Part shown: positions 27,615 through 36,393 of the stretch, one piece after another
Position numbering within the stretch: the first letter of the stretch is position 1
Layout of the letters: the number at the start of each line of letters is the position of its first letter
Source: a virus
Taxonomy: Duplodnaviria; Caudoviricetes
Length of the DNA stretch: 52,781 nucleotides
IMG/VR virus record: IMGVR_UViG_3300048834_000156
Coordinates: 1-52,781 of that record
Strand: one strand, 5' to 3'
The notes under the pieces: generated by a model
What the model was told of the DNA's origin: nothing
What the model saw: only the letters and a program-made list of their open reading frames with translations
Databases searched by the model: none
Position numbers and translations under genes: made by a program

Positions 27615-27991
27615 CCGACGACGAACAAGCCTTCCAACAGAAGGTGATCCGCACAGCCCGCCGAGCCGGGTGGCGTCACCAGCACACCTACAAGGGCCGC
27701 ACCGGCAAGGGCGCGTGGCGCACCAACGCAGCAACCGGGTTCCCTGACCTGCTGCTCGTGAAGCGCGGGCGGATGCTCGCTCTCGAACTGAAGGCACCAG
27801 GCGGCGCGCCATCACCAGAGCAGCTCGCGTGGATCGAGCTGCTCGACACGATCCCCGGATGCACCGCCCGCGTGGTCTACCCGGCCGACTGGCCGTGGAT
27901 CATGCAAGCACTCACCACACCCGCACCGCGGTACCTAGACCGCGGTATGGTTCCACCACCCAACACCAACGAAGGAACAGACCATGACTGA
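27596..27991 (+). CDS. VRR-NUC domain nuclease
   Basis: 'EQAFQQKV', 'GFPDLLL', 'LELKAPGG..SPEQLAW' PD-(D/E)xK motif. Confidence 0.85.
   Translation: MPQGSLTDDEQAFQQKVIRTARRAGWRHQHTYKGRTGKGAWRTNAATGFPDLLLVKRGRMLALELKAPGGAPSPEQLAWIELLDTIPGCTARVVYPADWPWIMQALTTPAPRYLDRGMVPPPNTNEGTDHD
27925..27951 (+). promoter_or_regulatory. Tandem ACCGCGGTA motifs (14-bp spacing) with -10 TATGGT
   Basis: Cores at 27925 and 27939, upstream of ATG 27984. Confidence 0.7.
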
Positions 27992-28469
27992 TCTAGCCGG
28001 AGCTATGGCCGACGTCTCGCAGCTCTCGCAGTTCGACGGCAAGCCCGTCGTGCGCACCACGATCGCTGTGACCAACGCAGGCGACGGGCTCTCTGACGCG
28101 CTCGGCATCGACCCCCAGGAGTTCCACCACGGCGACACCGTGTACGTCGTCCTGGAGTGCGTCGTGTCGAAGGTCGCGCACGTGCCGATCGACAAGGACA
28201 CTCCCGGCATCCTCGTGCGGCAACACACGCTCAGAGCCGGTACCGGCACGATCGTGGACGAGTCGGTCGTAGCCGAACAGGTGCGGCTACAGGCCGAGAA
28301 GATCGAGACCGCCCGCCGCCACGCGAAGGGAGAGTTCACGCTCGACGAGGCCGCTCTACAGGCCGAGCACGACGACGGCCAGCACGCCGCCGAGCTACGA
28401 CCAGGCTGCCCGGACTGTGACGACGAGGCAGCAGCAGCGGCGGCAGAAGCCGAGGACGACGACAAGTGA
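27984..28469 (+). CDS. Hypothetical protein
   Basis: 161 aa, GAAGGA RBS. Confidence 0.7.
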   Translation: MTDLAGAMADVSQLSQFDGKPVVRTTIAVTNAGDGLSDALGIDPQEFHHGDTVYVVLECVVSKVAHVPIDKDTPGILVRQHTLRAGTGTIVDESVVAEQVRLQAEKIETARRHAKGEFTLDEAALQAEHDDGQHAAELRPGCPDCDDEAAAAAAEAEDDDK

Positions 28470-28702
28470 GGCGAGAAGCCACGTCACCCGAGGCGCTCGC
28501 GCTGCTCGATCGCCTCGGGTCCGTCACCTCAGAGATCGGCTCGACGTCGAAACACCTGGACGAGCTGCTCGCCGAACGGAACCGCATGTTCGTGGACCTG
28601 AAAGCGCTCGACGTCACACACCGAGAGATCGCCGCACGAGCAGGCATCACAGAGATGGCCGTTAAGAAAGCCATCGACAAGACCACCCGCACCCCGGTCT
28701 AA
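28466..28702 (+). CDS. HTH DNA-binding protein
   Basis: 'VTHREIAARAGITEMAVKKAI'. Confidence 0.75.
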   Translation: MRREATSPEALALLDRLGSVTSEIGSTSKHLDELLAERNRMFVDLKALDVTHREIAARAGITEMAVKKAIDKTTRTPV

Positions 28703-28737
28703 ACCGCGGTATAGAATCGCTGGTCCCACCCAAGGAG
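28701..28737 (+). promoter_or_regulatory. Motif AAACCGCGGTATAG, -10 TAGAAT and RBS ACCCAAGGAG
   Basis: Shares 19 nt (ACCGCGGTATAGAATCGCT) with the copy at 41974. Confidence 0.75.
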
Positions 28738-28747
28738 GACCCCCAGC

Positions 28748-30229
28748 ATGAACCCGACCGACGAGCAGCAGAACGCGCTCGACATGTTCCACTTCGGCGA
28801 CAACCTGGCTATCGAGGCCGGTGCCGGTACAGGCAAGACGTCCACGCTCAGGCTCATGGCCGACGGCACCAACCGCCGCGGCCAGTACCTCGCCTTTAAC
28901 CGGGCGATCGTGATGGACGCCAAAGCCAAGATGCCCGGCAACGTGTCAGCAGACACCGCGCACGCTCTGGCCATGCGCCAGGTCGGCAGGCTGTACCGGC
29001 ACCGGCTCGACGCATCCGCCCGCCAGCACTCCCGGCAGGTGGCAGCAATGCTCGACATAGGACCGCTCGCCATCTCGTACGGAGCACAGCGCAAGGTGTT
29101 GCAACCCGGCTACCTGGCCGGGCTCGTGCAACGAGCGATCACCGTGTTCTGTCAGTCGGCCGACGACACACCTGGCCGTGAGCACGTGCCGTACATCGAC
29201 GGCATAGACCTGCCAACCGTGGACGGTCGCCGCACCTACACCAGCAACAACGCAGTGCGAGACCACATCGCCGACGCCATCGCGAAGGCGTGGGCCGACC
29301 TCTCGAACCGAGACGGTCAGCTCAGGTTCAAGCACGAGCACTACCTCAAGCTCTGGCAGCTCTCAAAGCCGCGCATACCGGCAGACTTCATCCTCTTCGA
29401 CGAAGCGCAGGACGCATCACCGGTGATGCTCGACGTGGTGGCCAACCAGACAGACACGCAGCTCGTGTTCGTCGGTGACAGTCAGCAGCAGATCTACGAG
29501 TTCACCGGCGCGGTGAACGCTCTAGCGAAGGTGCCAGCAGGTCAGCGCACCTACCTGACCCGCTCGTTCCGGTTCGGTGAGCAGATCGCTGAGCGAGCGA
29601 ACCTCGTGCTCGGCGAGATCGGCTCACCGATGCGGCTCACCGGGAACCCGGCGATCCGCTCCACCGTCGGGACGCTCGACAAGCCGGGCGCGATCCTCAC
29701 CCGCACCAACGCCGCCGCAATGACCGCCGTGCTCGAAGCGCAGAAGGCAGGCATCCGCGTGCACCTCATCGGTGACGGCAAAGAGCTGGTCAGCTTCGCC
29801 ACCGCCGCGGGTCAGCTCATGGCAGGTGAGGACACATGGCACCCCGAGCTGGCGTGCTTCACCACGTGGGGCGAGGTCCAAACCTACGTGGCAGACGACC
29901 CGCAAGGATCCGAGCTGGCGCTCATGGTCAAGCTCGTGGACGACTACGGCGTAGAGACCATCCTGTCGGCGCTGCGCAACATGGTGGACGAGCGAGGCGC
30001 TGAGCTGGTGGTCTCGACGGCGCACAAAGCCAAGGGCTGCGAGTGGTCACGCGTCCAGATCGCCGACGACTTCCCCGATCCGCGTGAGTCGTTCGAGGCG
30101 ATGCTCGACCCGACGCTCTCGCACCCCGAGCTGAGACTCATCTACGTGGCGGTCACCCGAGCCCGCCATCGGCTCGACGTCGATCAGGTCCCGTACTTCG
30201 ACTGCGGCCCAGCCACGCGGGTCATGTGA
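28748..30229 (+). CDS. UvrD/Rep-like superfamily 1 helicase
   Basis: AGAGTGKT, DEAQD, VGDSQQQIY, SFRF, TAHKAKG.EW, YVAVTRAR. Confidence 0.9.
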   Translation: MNPTDEQQNALDMFHFGDNLAIEAGAGTGKTSTLRLMADGTNRRGQYLAFNRAIVMDAKAKMPGNVSADTAHALAMRQVGRLYRHRLDASARQHSRQVAAMLDIGPLAISYGAQRKVLQPGYLAGLVQRAITVFCQSADDTPGREHVPYIDGIDLPTVDGRRTYTSNNAVRDHIADAIAKAWADLSNRDGQLRFKHEHYLKLWQLSKPRIPADFILFDEAQDASPVMLDVVANQTDTQLVFVGDSQQQIYEFTGAVNALAKVPAGQRTYLTRSFRFGEQIAERANLVLGEIGSPMRLTGNPAIRSTVGTLDKPGAILTRTNAAAMTAVLEAQKAGIRVHLIGDGKELVSFATAAGQLMAGEDTWHPELACFTTWGEVQTYVADDPQGSELALMVKLVDDYGVETILSALRNMVDERGAELVVSTAHKAKGCEWSRVQIADDFPDPRESFEAMLDPTLSHPELRLIYVAVTRARHRLDVDQVPYFDCGPATRVM

Positions 30230-30474
30230 GCGTGGAAGCCACGAACGCTTTCTCAGGATCGGCGCGGGTGATCCACGCTTCACCGGTCCCACCGAACGCT
30301 CGCAGCTCCGGCCGCGGGTACGTGGCGCTGTGCGGCGCGACGGTCACGAACGTGACGACCCGCGCCTACCGGCCGACCACGCCGGGCGCGTGCCCGACGT
30401 GCACCGCTCAGATCGTCCGTGTCGTCACGCTGATCGAGATGCGCGGCCATGACTTCACCGAGTTCGACCTGTGA
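30226..30474 (+). CDS. Small Zn-finger-like hypothetical protein
   Basis: H..ALCG..CPTC; coupled. Confidence 0.55.
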   Translation: MSVEATNAFSGSARVIHASPVPPNARSSGRGYVALCGATVTNVTTRAYRPTTPGACPTCTAQIVRVVTLIEMRGHDFTEFDL

Positions 30475-30863
30475 CGCTCCACGCAGCACCGAGGCCGTGC
30501 ACCACGTGCCCGTACCGGCGCGACACACCGGCCGGGATCTGGCATCCCGACGAGTACCACAAGCTCGTCGCCTACGACGACGAGCCGGGCCCGTTCGAGA
30601 CGTTCCACTGTCACCAGGAGAACGCCACAGGCGTACCGACCGTGTGCCGCGGGTGGCTCAGCGTTCACCCCGACTCGGTAGCGGTGCGGCTGGCGATCGC
30701 GCGCGGGGCTCTCACCGTCGAGCAGCGGGACGCACCGCCGATGGTGGATCTCTACATCTCGGGCACCGAGGCCCGTGACGCCGGGCTCGCTGGTGTCGAG
30801 AACCCATCCACGGCAGCGCGGGTGGCGATACGCAGGCTCACACGAAAGGGCGCGGGACGATGA
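30471..30863 (+). CDS. Cys-rich hypothetical protein (DUF6283-like)
   Basis: 'PCTTCPYRRD.PAGIW..EY.KL..YD..FHCHQ..CRGW'. Confidence 0.65.
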   Translation: MTLHAAPRPCTTCPYRRDTPAGIWHPDEYHKLVAYDDEPGPFETFHCHQENATGVPTVCRGWLSVHPDSVAVRLAIARGALTVEQRDAPPMVDLYISGTEARDAGLAGVENPSTAARVAIRRLTRKGAGR

Positions 30864-32554
30864 CGACGCTAGAGCTGCGCGACTACCAGGAAGACGCGCT
30901 CCGGCGTGTGGCCGAGGCCGAGGCGCGTGGCGTGCGACGTCAGCTCATCGTCGCTGCGACAGGTCTCGGTAAGACGGTGATGTTCGCCACGCTCGCCGCC
31001 CGCCGTGGGCAGCGCACGCTCGTGCTCGTGCACCGCGACGAGCTGGTCTCGCAGGCCGTGGCCAAGGTCCGCGAGATCTGGCCAGAGGCGAGCGTCGGCG
31101 TGGTGAAGGGCTCAGAGAACCACGTACGCCATCACGTCGTTGTCGCCAGTGTGCAGACCCTCTCTCGTGCGAAGCGGCTCGCGCAGCTCAGAGAGCCGTA
31201 CGCCGGTGCATCGCTGCTCGCCAAGACGGACCCGTTCGGGCTGGTGATCGTGGACGAGGCACACCACGCCACCGCCGCCAGCTACCGCACCGTCATCGAC
31301 GGGCTCGAAGCGGGCACACCGGCCGGGCCGCTGCTCGTCGGTGTCACCGCCACCCCGGACCGCGGCGACGGCGCAGGCCTGCACGAGGTGTTCGGCGAGA
31401 TCGTCTCGAACCACGACATGCTGTGGGGCATCCGAGCCGGGTACCTCTCCGACCTCCGCGGCCTCGCTGTGCAGGTCAAAGGGTTCGACGCTGGTGCGGT
31501 CAAGCAGAACCGCGGCGACTACGACCAAGGGCAGGCCGGGCGGCTGCTCGATGACGCTGGCGCTCCGGCGCTGATCGTGCAGGCGTGGCAGCAGCACGCA
31601 GCCGGACGCCGGACGATCGTGTTCACACCGACGGTCGTGCTCGCTGCGCACGTCGCTGACGAGTTCCGCCGCGCCGGCATCCGCGCCGACGCCGTGAGCG
31701 GCTCCACGCCACTGGACGAGCGACGCGAGATCCTCGCCCGGTTCTCTCGTGGAGACCTGGACGTCGTAGCGAACTGCGCCGTGCTCACCGAGGGCTACGA
31801 CAATCCCGCGGTGGATTGCATCGTGGTCGCCCGGCCCACGAAGTCACGTGCGCTGTACGTCCAGATGATCGGCCGCGGCACCCGCCGCCACCCAGACAAG
31901 ACCGACTGCCTCGTGCTCGACGTCGTAGGCGCATCCGAGGACATGAACCTCGTCACCGTGCCGAGCCTGTTCGGCGTGAAGTCCAAGCAACGCCGCCAGC
32001 AGATGGCCACCGGCGACCGGCTGGTCTCTGATCTCGTGCTCGAAGACCGAGAGGAACAGGTCCGACTCGGCGAGATCGAAGCCGCTGAGATCGCCATGTT
32101 CCGAAAGATCCGCTCGGACGGCATCGCCTGGGTGCGTGCACCTGATCCACGGTTCCCCGAGATCTCCCGCTACCAGCGGTCGCTAGGCAAAGACAGCCGC
32201 GGCAGGATCCTGCCGACGGTTGTCATGGCCAGACTCAACGACCGCGAACCAGACCGGTGGATCGCAGGCGTGCAACACGACGACGGCCGCAAAGACGTGC
32301 TCATCTTCGACGTGACGATGGAGACCGCGCAGGGCGTCGCCGAGGACTACGTACGCAAACACGCCGTGTCGGTCGCGCTCGTGGACGCCAACGCCAAGTG
32401 GCGCAGCCGGAAGCCGTCGCCTAAGCAGCTCGCCGCCGCCGCCGCATGGCACCTGCCCGTAGACAAGGAGTGGACAGCGGGCGAGCTGAGCGAGCGACTC
32501 GATGAGCACATCGCCAAGATCCACGCCAAGAAAACCCGGAGGAAACAAGCATGA
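30860..32554 (+). CDS. Superfamily 2 DEAD/DEAH-box helicase
   Basis: LRDYQ, ATGLGKT, DEAHH, TATP, TEGYD, QMIGRGTR. Confidence 0.92.
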   Translation: MTTLELRDYQEDALRRVAEAEARGVRRQLIVAATGLGKTVMFATLAARRGQRTLVLVHRDELVSQAVAKVREIWPEASVGVVKGSENHVRHHVVVASVQTLSRAKRLAQLREPYAGASLLAKTDPFGLVIVDEAHHATAASYRTVIDGLEAGTPAGPLLVGVTATPDRGDGAGLHEVFGEIVSNHDMLWGIRAGYLSDLRGLAVQVKGFDAGAVKQNRGDYDQGQAGRLLDDAGAPALIVQAWQQHAAGRRTIVFTPTVVLAAHVADEFRRAGIRADAVSGSTPLDERREILARFSRGDLDVVANCAVLTEGYDNPAVDCIVVARPTKSRALYVQMIGRGTRRHPDKTDCLVLDVVGASEDMNLVTVPSLFGVKSKQRRQQMATGDRLVSDLVLEDREEQVRLGEIEAAEIAMFRKIRSDGIAWVRAPDPRFPEISRYQRSLGKDSRGRILPTVVMARLNDREPDRWIAGVQHDDGRKDVLIFDVTMETAQGVAEDYVRKHAVSVALVDANAKWRSRKPSPKQLAAAAAWHLPVDKEWTAGELSERLDEHIAKIHAKKTRRKQA

Positions 32555-33408
32555 CCCTCACCATCTGCGTGACGCTCGAACAGCCAGTAGCCGCGCTGGA
32601 ATCGGACCAGCCAGACGTGTGGACCGCAGGCTACGTGGCCGGTGTCCTGCGCGGCGTGGGGCTCGTCGTTCACGACACAGGCGTGAGGCTCGAAGCACCG
32701 GTCGGATGGGAGCACGTCGCTCGCACAGGTGAACCGGTGGCGGCTGTTCCGCCGCCGCCAGGGCGCGACACGATCCGCATGCGGGTGCTCGAAGTGCTCG
32801 CCGATGCTGGCGGCACGTGGCATGGCTCGGTCTCTGACCTGCTCCGCAGAGCAGGCGGCGCGACCGGCTCGTCATCGAAGGTCGGCTCACGGCTCGCTGA
32901 CGCCGGGCTGATCGAGGTGGACAAGCTCAACCACACGCAGGCCCGTGCCGTGCACCTCACCGACGACGGGTGGTCTCTGATCGGACGCCAGCGGCCAGAG
33001 ATCGAGATGCCAGACGCCGAGGTGGTGGAGCTGCCAGACGCCGAGATCCACGAGGACGAGCCGGTCGAGCTGCCAGACGCCGAGGCCCACGAGGGCATCC
33101 CGATCATCGGCCCGGCCGTGGACGAGCCGAGAGAGTGCGTCGGACATGCTGACGTCGAGGTCGTGTACGACCCGCCAGCCGAGAACATGCTCGACTCGAT
33201 CGAGGTGCCGACCGGGCTCGGCGTCCCGCTCGACGCACATGCCCGCCCGATCGGTGTACCCGCGTACGCGCAGGACTCACCCGAACGACTCGCACCTCCC
33301 GCGGGCCGCAAGTGCGTGCATTGCGGGATCTCGTCGGCAGAGTGCCGGGCCGCTGGCCTCGGTTGCTGCCCTGACTGCACAGGCAGGTTCCACCGTGAGA
33401 GACCATGA
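32551..33408 (+). CDS. Hypothetical protein with winged-HTH-like domain and acidic ELPDAE repeats
   Basis: 'RLADAGLIEV..VHLTDDG'; three (E)xPDAE repeats; C-terminal Cys cluster. Confidence 0.6.
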   Translation: MTLTICVTLEQPVAALESDQPDVWTAGYVAGVLRGVGLVVHDTGVRLEAPVGWEHVARTGEPVAAVPPPPGRDTIRMRVLEVLADAGGTWHGSVSDLLRRAGGATGSSSKVGSRLADAGLIEVDKLNHTQARAVHLTDDGWSLIGRQRPEIEMPDAEVVELPDAEIHEDEPVELPDAEAHEGIPIIGPAVDEPRECVGHADVEVVYDPPAENMLDSIEVPTGLGVPLDAHARPIGVPAYAQDSPERLAPPAGRKCVHCGISSAECRAAGLGCCPDCTGRFHRERP

Positions 33409-33781
33409 CCACGACGGCGAGCTAGCCCGCTACGGCGTGTGCCTCACCTGCGCCGACCACGGTGACACTGACGCTGCCGCCATCCCGTCGCCACCCGACC
33501 AGCTCTCGTTCGCTGACGCCGACCAGGACGGCGCACCGTACGACCGCACCCGAGACCATCTCAGGCTCTCAGCTCAGGGACAGCGGGTGCGCGATCTGAT
33601 CGCCGATGGCGTGTGGCGCACTCTCTCGGAGATCTCCGAAGCAACCGGCGACCCCGAGGCATCGGTGTCAGCCCGGCTGCGCGACCTGCGTAAGCCGAAG
33701 TTCGGTAGCCACCGGATCGAGCGACGACCCCGCGACCCTCAACAACCAGGACTGTGGGAGTACCGATGGACGACGAGCTAG
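33395..33781 (+). CDS. Winged-HTH DNA-binding protein
   Basis: 'WRTLSEISEATGDPEASVSARLRDLRK..GLWEYR'. Confidence 0.7.
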   Translation: MRDHDHDGELARYGVCLTCADHGDTDAAAIPSPPDQLSFADADQDGAPYDRTRDHLRLSAQGQRVRDLIADGVWRTLSEISEATGDPEASVSARLRDLRKPKFGSHRIERRPRDPQQPGLWEYRWTTS

Positions 33782-34170
33782 AGCACGACAACCAGCACAC
33801 ACCGCCCGGCTCGTTCTCCACGACCGAGGTGATCGAGGCCGCGGGGATCTCGTACCGCATGCTCGACGGATGGCGACGACGCGGGTACGTCGCACCGTCG
33901 CTGCGCCGCCGCTACACCGGCTCAGGCAACATGATCAGATGGTCACAGGCCGACGTCGATCACGTGCTGGCGATCGCCGAGCGGGTCCGCTGGGGCCTCA
34001 CACTCGAAGCCGCCGCCCGCACCAGCGACCCCGGCCAGGTGCCACCCGCCTACGATCCACGCCATGACCACGCCACGCCGTCTGACATACCGCCCGCTCG
34101 ACTCGCTGAAGGTCGCGAAGTGGAACCCGAAGGACCACGACTCGACTGCGATTGCTGGCTCGATAGCTGA
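33766..34170 (+). CDS. MerR-type HTH protein
   Basis: 'FSTTEVIEAAGISYRMLDGWRRRGYVAPS..GSG..RWSQADV'. Confidence 0.75.
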   Translation: MDDELEHDNQHTPPGSFSTTEVIEAAGISYRMLDGWRRRGYVAPSLRRRYTGSGNMIRWSQADVDHVLAIAERVRWGLTLEAAARTSDPGQVPPAYDPRHDHATPSDIPPARLAEGREVEPEGPRLDCDCWLDS

Positions 34171-35476
34171 GCACGGGTTCGTCACACCGTTCGTGGTGGA
34201 CGACCGCTCAGACCGTCTCGTCGCCGGGCACGGCCGACGAGACGAGCTGCTCAAGGCGAGAGCGGCAGGCGACGAACCACCCGACGGTGTGATGGTCGAT
34301 GACGCAGGGATCTGGCTCGTGCCTGTCGTTGAGGGCTGGCGGTCACGCAACGACGACCAGGCAGACCGGTTCGTCGTGGCCGACAACCGCGCCACAGAGG
34401 CAGGCGGATGGAAGCGCGACGAGCTAGCCACGAAGCTCGCCAAGTGGGCTGACCGCGACAAGCTCGACGGCACCGGCTGGTCACCGAAGGACGCGCGCGC
34501 CCTGCTCGATCTCGTACGGCCAGATCCACCAGAGCCAGAGCCCGAACCAGAGCCCGAGCCCGAACCACCTGCCGAGCCGGTCACCGTCAAGGGCGACGTG
34601 TGGCTACTCGGTCCGCACCGGCTCATGTGCGGCGACGCCACCGACGCAGCGCAGGTGGCGCGGCTCATGGGTGATGGTGGGCCGGTGAGCATCGGGTTCA
34701 CCTCCCCGCCGTACGCCAGCCAGCGCACCTACGACCCCGAGAGCGGGTTCGTGCCGATCCACCCTGACGAGTACGTCGAGTGGTTCCGCCCGGTCTCAGA
34801 CGGTGTGCGCGAACACCTGGCACCTGACGGCTCGTGGTTCGTGAATATCAAGGAGCACGCCGAAGATCTGGTTCGTCATCGCTATGTGCTCGATCTGTTC
34901 GTGGACCATCTCGATCGAGGGTGGCGGTACTTGGACATGTTCGTGTGGCCACGCATCGGGTTCCCGATCGACCCGCGCAACGCTGGCAGGTTCAAGAACG
35001 CGTGGGAACCGGTGATGCACTTCACGCTGAACCCTCACCACAAGTTCCGCCCGGAGGCGGTGATGGTGGACGGCGATGGTGCGTTCACCTACGACCCCGA
35101 GCGGAAGCTGCAAGGCAACCAGACAACAGGGTTCATCGGCGTCGGCCGAGACGGCGCGAAGCCGGGCAAGGTGTTTCCATCCAACGTCCTGCCGAACTTC
35201 GGTGTTGCTGCCTCTGGCACAGAGCACTCAGCCGCCTTCCCGGTCAAGCTGCCCGAGTGGTTCGTCCGAGCGTTCACAGACGAAGGCGACCGCGTGTACG
35301 ACCCGTTCGGCGGCTCCGGCACCACGATCATCGCAGCGCACAGGAACAACCGAGTCGGGCTCAGCATGGAGCTATCCGAGCGGTACTGCGACGTGATCTG
35401 CGAGCGGTGGCAGCGCACCACCGGTGAGCAGCCGGTGCTCGAACGCACCGGCGAGCCGCACGACTTCACCACCTGA
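34064..35476 (+). CDS. ParB-like domain-DNA methyltransferase fusion
   Basis: ParB-N 'NPKDH..SIAEHGF..VAGHGR..ADNR'; (EP)n linker; 'GDVWLLGPHRLMCGD', 'TSPPY', 'DPFGGSGTT'. Confidence 0.9.
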   Translation: MTTPRRLTYRPLDSLKVAKWNPKDHDSTAIAGSIAEHGFVTPFVVDDRSDRLVAGHGRRDELLKARAAGDEPPDGVMVDDAGIWLVPVVEGWRSRNDDQADRFVVADNRATEAGGWKRDELATKLAKWADRDKLDGTGWSPKDARALLDLVRPDPPEPEPEPEPEPEPPAEPVTVKGDVWLLGPHRLMCGDATDAAQVARLMGDGGPVSIGFTSPPYASQRTYDPESGFVPIHPDEYVEWFRPVSDGVREHLAPDGSWFVNIKEHAEDLVRHRYVLDLFVDHLDRGWRYLDMFVWPRIGFPIDPRNAGRFKNAWEPVMHFTLNPHHKFRPEAVMVDGDGAFTYDPERKLQGNQTTGFIGVGRDGAKPGKVFPSNVLPNFGVAASGTEHSAAFPVKLPEWFVRAFTDEGDRVYDPFGGSGTTIIAAHRNNRVGLSMELSERYCDVICERWQRTTGEQPVLERTGEPHDFTT

Positions 35477-35481
35477 TCCTG

Positions 35482-35545
35482 TTGCGGCGCAGGTTGCAAC
35501 CGCGGTATGGTTCCGGTCGTCAACCAACCCGCACCACCCAAGGAG
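35482..35545 (+). promoter_or_regulatory. Promoter with motif and RBS ACCCAAGGAG
   Basis: TTGCGG-18 bp-TATGGT; AACCGCGGTATGG 35498-35510; RBS 35536-45. Confidence 0.75.
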
Positions 35546-35552
35546 TGCAACC

Positions 35553-36239
35553 GTGTCGAACTACCTGCTCACCACCGGCCGCAACGGCGACAAGATCCAC
35601 CGGCCGACATGCAAGAAGGCGACCGCCAACGCTGCCGCCGTCGAGACCGACGACTACACCGCTGGCGACCCGGCCACCTGCTGCAAGCCGAAGCCGATCG
35701 ACGCTCCCGCCGCCGCACCGGCGAAGGCACCCACGAAGGCGAAGCCCGCCGCGGCGATGGCGACACCCGAGCCGAAGCCCGCCGAGCCGGTGGTGTACGA
35801 CGACCCGGCCGAGCGCCTCGCCGCCAGCCGCGCCGAGTGGAAGGCAGCCAAGGCAGCCAAGAAGGCCGGGCAGCCGATCCCGCCGACGCCGAACCTGGAC
35901 GCCATGAACGCCGACCACGCCGCGGGCAAGAAGTTCGCCACCAAGAAGCCGAAGGGCGAAGGCCGTCAGCGCATCGAGGTCACGGTGCGGTTCGTGCGTG
36001 GCCCGGAGCTGGACAAGCTGAAGCCGATGCCCGACTCGCAGAACAAGCTCTCGTCGGTCGCCTACTACCACACGCGTGGCGTGACCGGCTGGAACGAGAC
36101 CGGTGATGTGCCTCGCTGCACGACCGAGATGCTGCGCTCGATCCTGGAGCACCACGGCGTCACCAACCCGGAGCAGACGCCGTTCGAGCCGGTGCTGCTG
36201 GCGAACGGCACGTGGCTCGCCGCTGAGCCGCTGAGCTGA
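35553..36239 (+). CDS. Ala/Lys/Pro-rich hypothetical protein (single-gene cassette)
   Basis: GTG 7 nt after RBS; bounded by promoter and terminator. Confidence 0.75.
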   Translation: MSNYLLTTGRNGDKIHRPTCKKATANAAAVETDDYTAGDPATCCKPKPIDAPAAAPAKAPTKAKPAAAMATPEPKPAEPVVYDDPAERLAASRAEWKAAKAAKKAGQPIPPTPNLDAMNADHAAGKKFATKKPKGEGRQRIEVTVRFVRGPELDKLKPMPDSQNKLSSVAYYHTRGVTGWNETGDVPRCTTEMLRSILEHHGVTNPEQTPFEPVLLANGTWLAAEPLS

Positions 36240-36271
36240 GCTACCCTCTGACCCCGGAAGGGGTGCGAGCC

Positions 36272-36309
36272 CGAGAGATCCCCGGTTCCCACTGGCCGGG
36301 GATCTCTCG
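36272..36309 (+). terminator. Hairpin terminator, homologous to 3193-3228
   Basis: CGAGAGATCCCCGGTT-CCCACT-GGCCGGGGATCTCTCG. Confidence 0.75.
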
Positions 36310-36323
36310 CGTCCAAGACAGGT

Positions 36324-36387
36324 TTGCACCGCTCGCGAAACCGCGGTATGGTTTCGCTGTTCCAACAAACCTGATCCACCCAAGGAG
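36324..36387 (+). promoter_or_regulatory. Promoter TTGCAC-17-TATGGT with motif and RBS ACCCAAGGAG
   Basis: -35 at 36324-29, -10 at 36347-52, motif 36338-51, RBS 36378-87. Confidence 0.8.
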
Positions 36388-36393
36388 ATCAAC

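Noticed and set aside
34520-34580. (GAGCCC/GAACCA)n short tandem repeat as a contingency locus
   Set aside because: The 6-bp units with synonymous variation encode an in-frame Glu-Pro linker and cannot phase-shift the gene.
34064-35476. ParAB plasmid-prophage partition system
   Set aside because: The ParB-like domain is fused to a methyltransferase, a common phage architecture; no ParA or parS array is seen.
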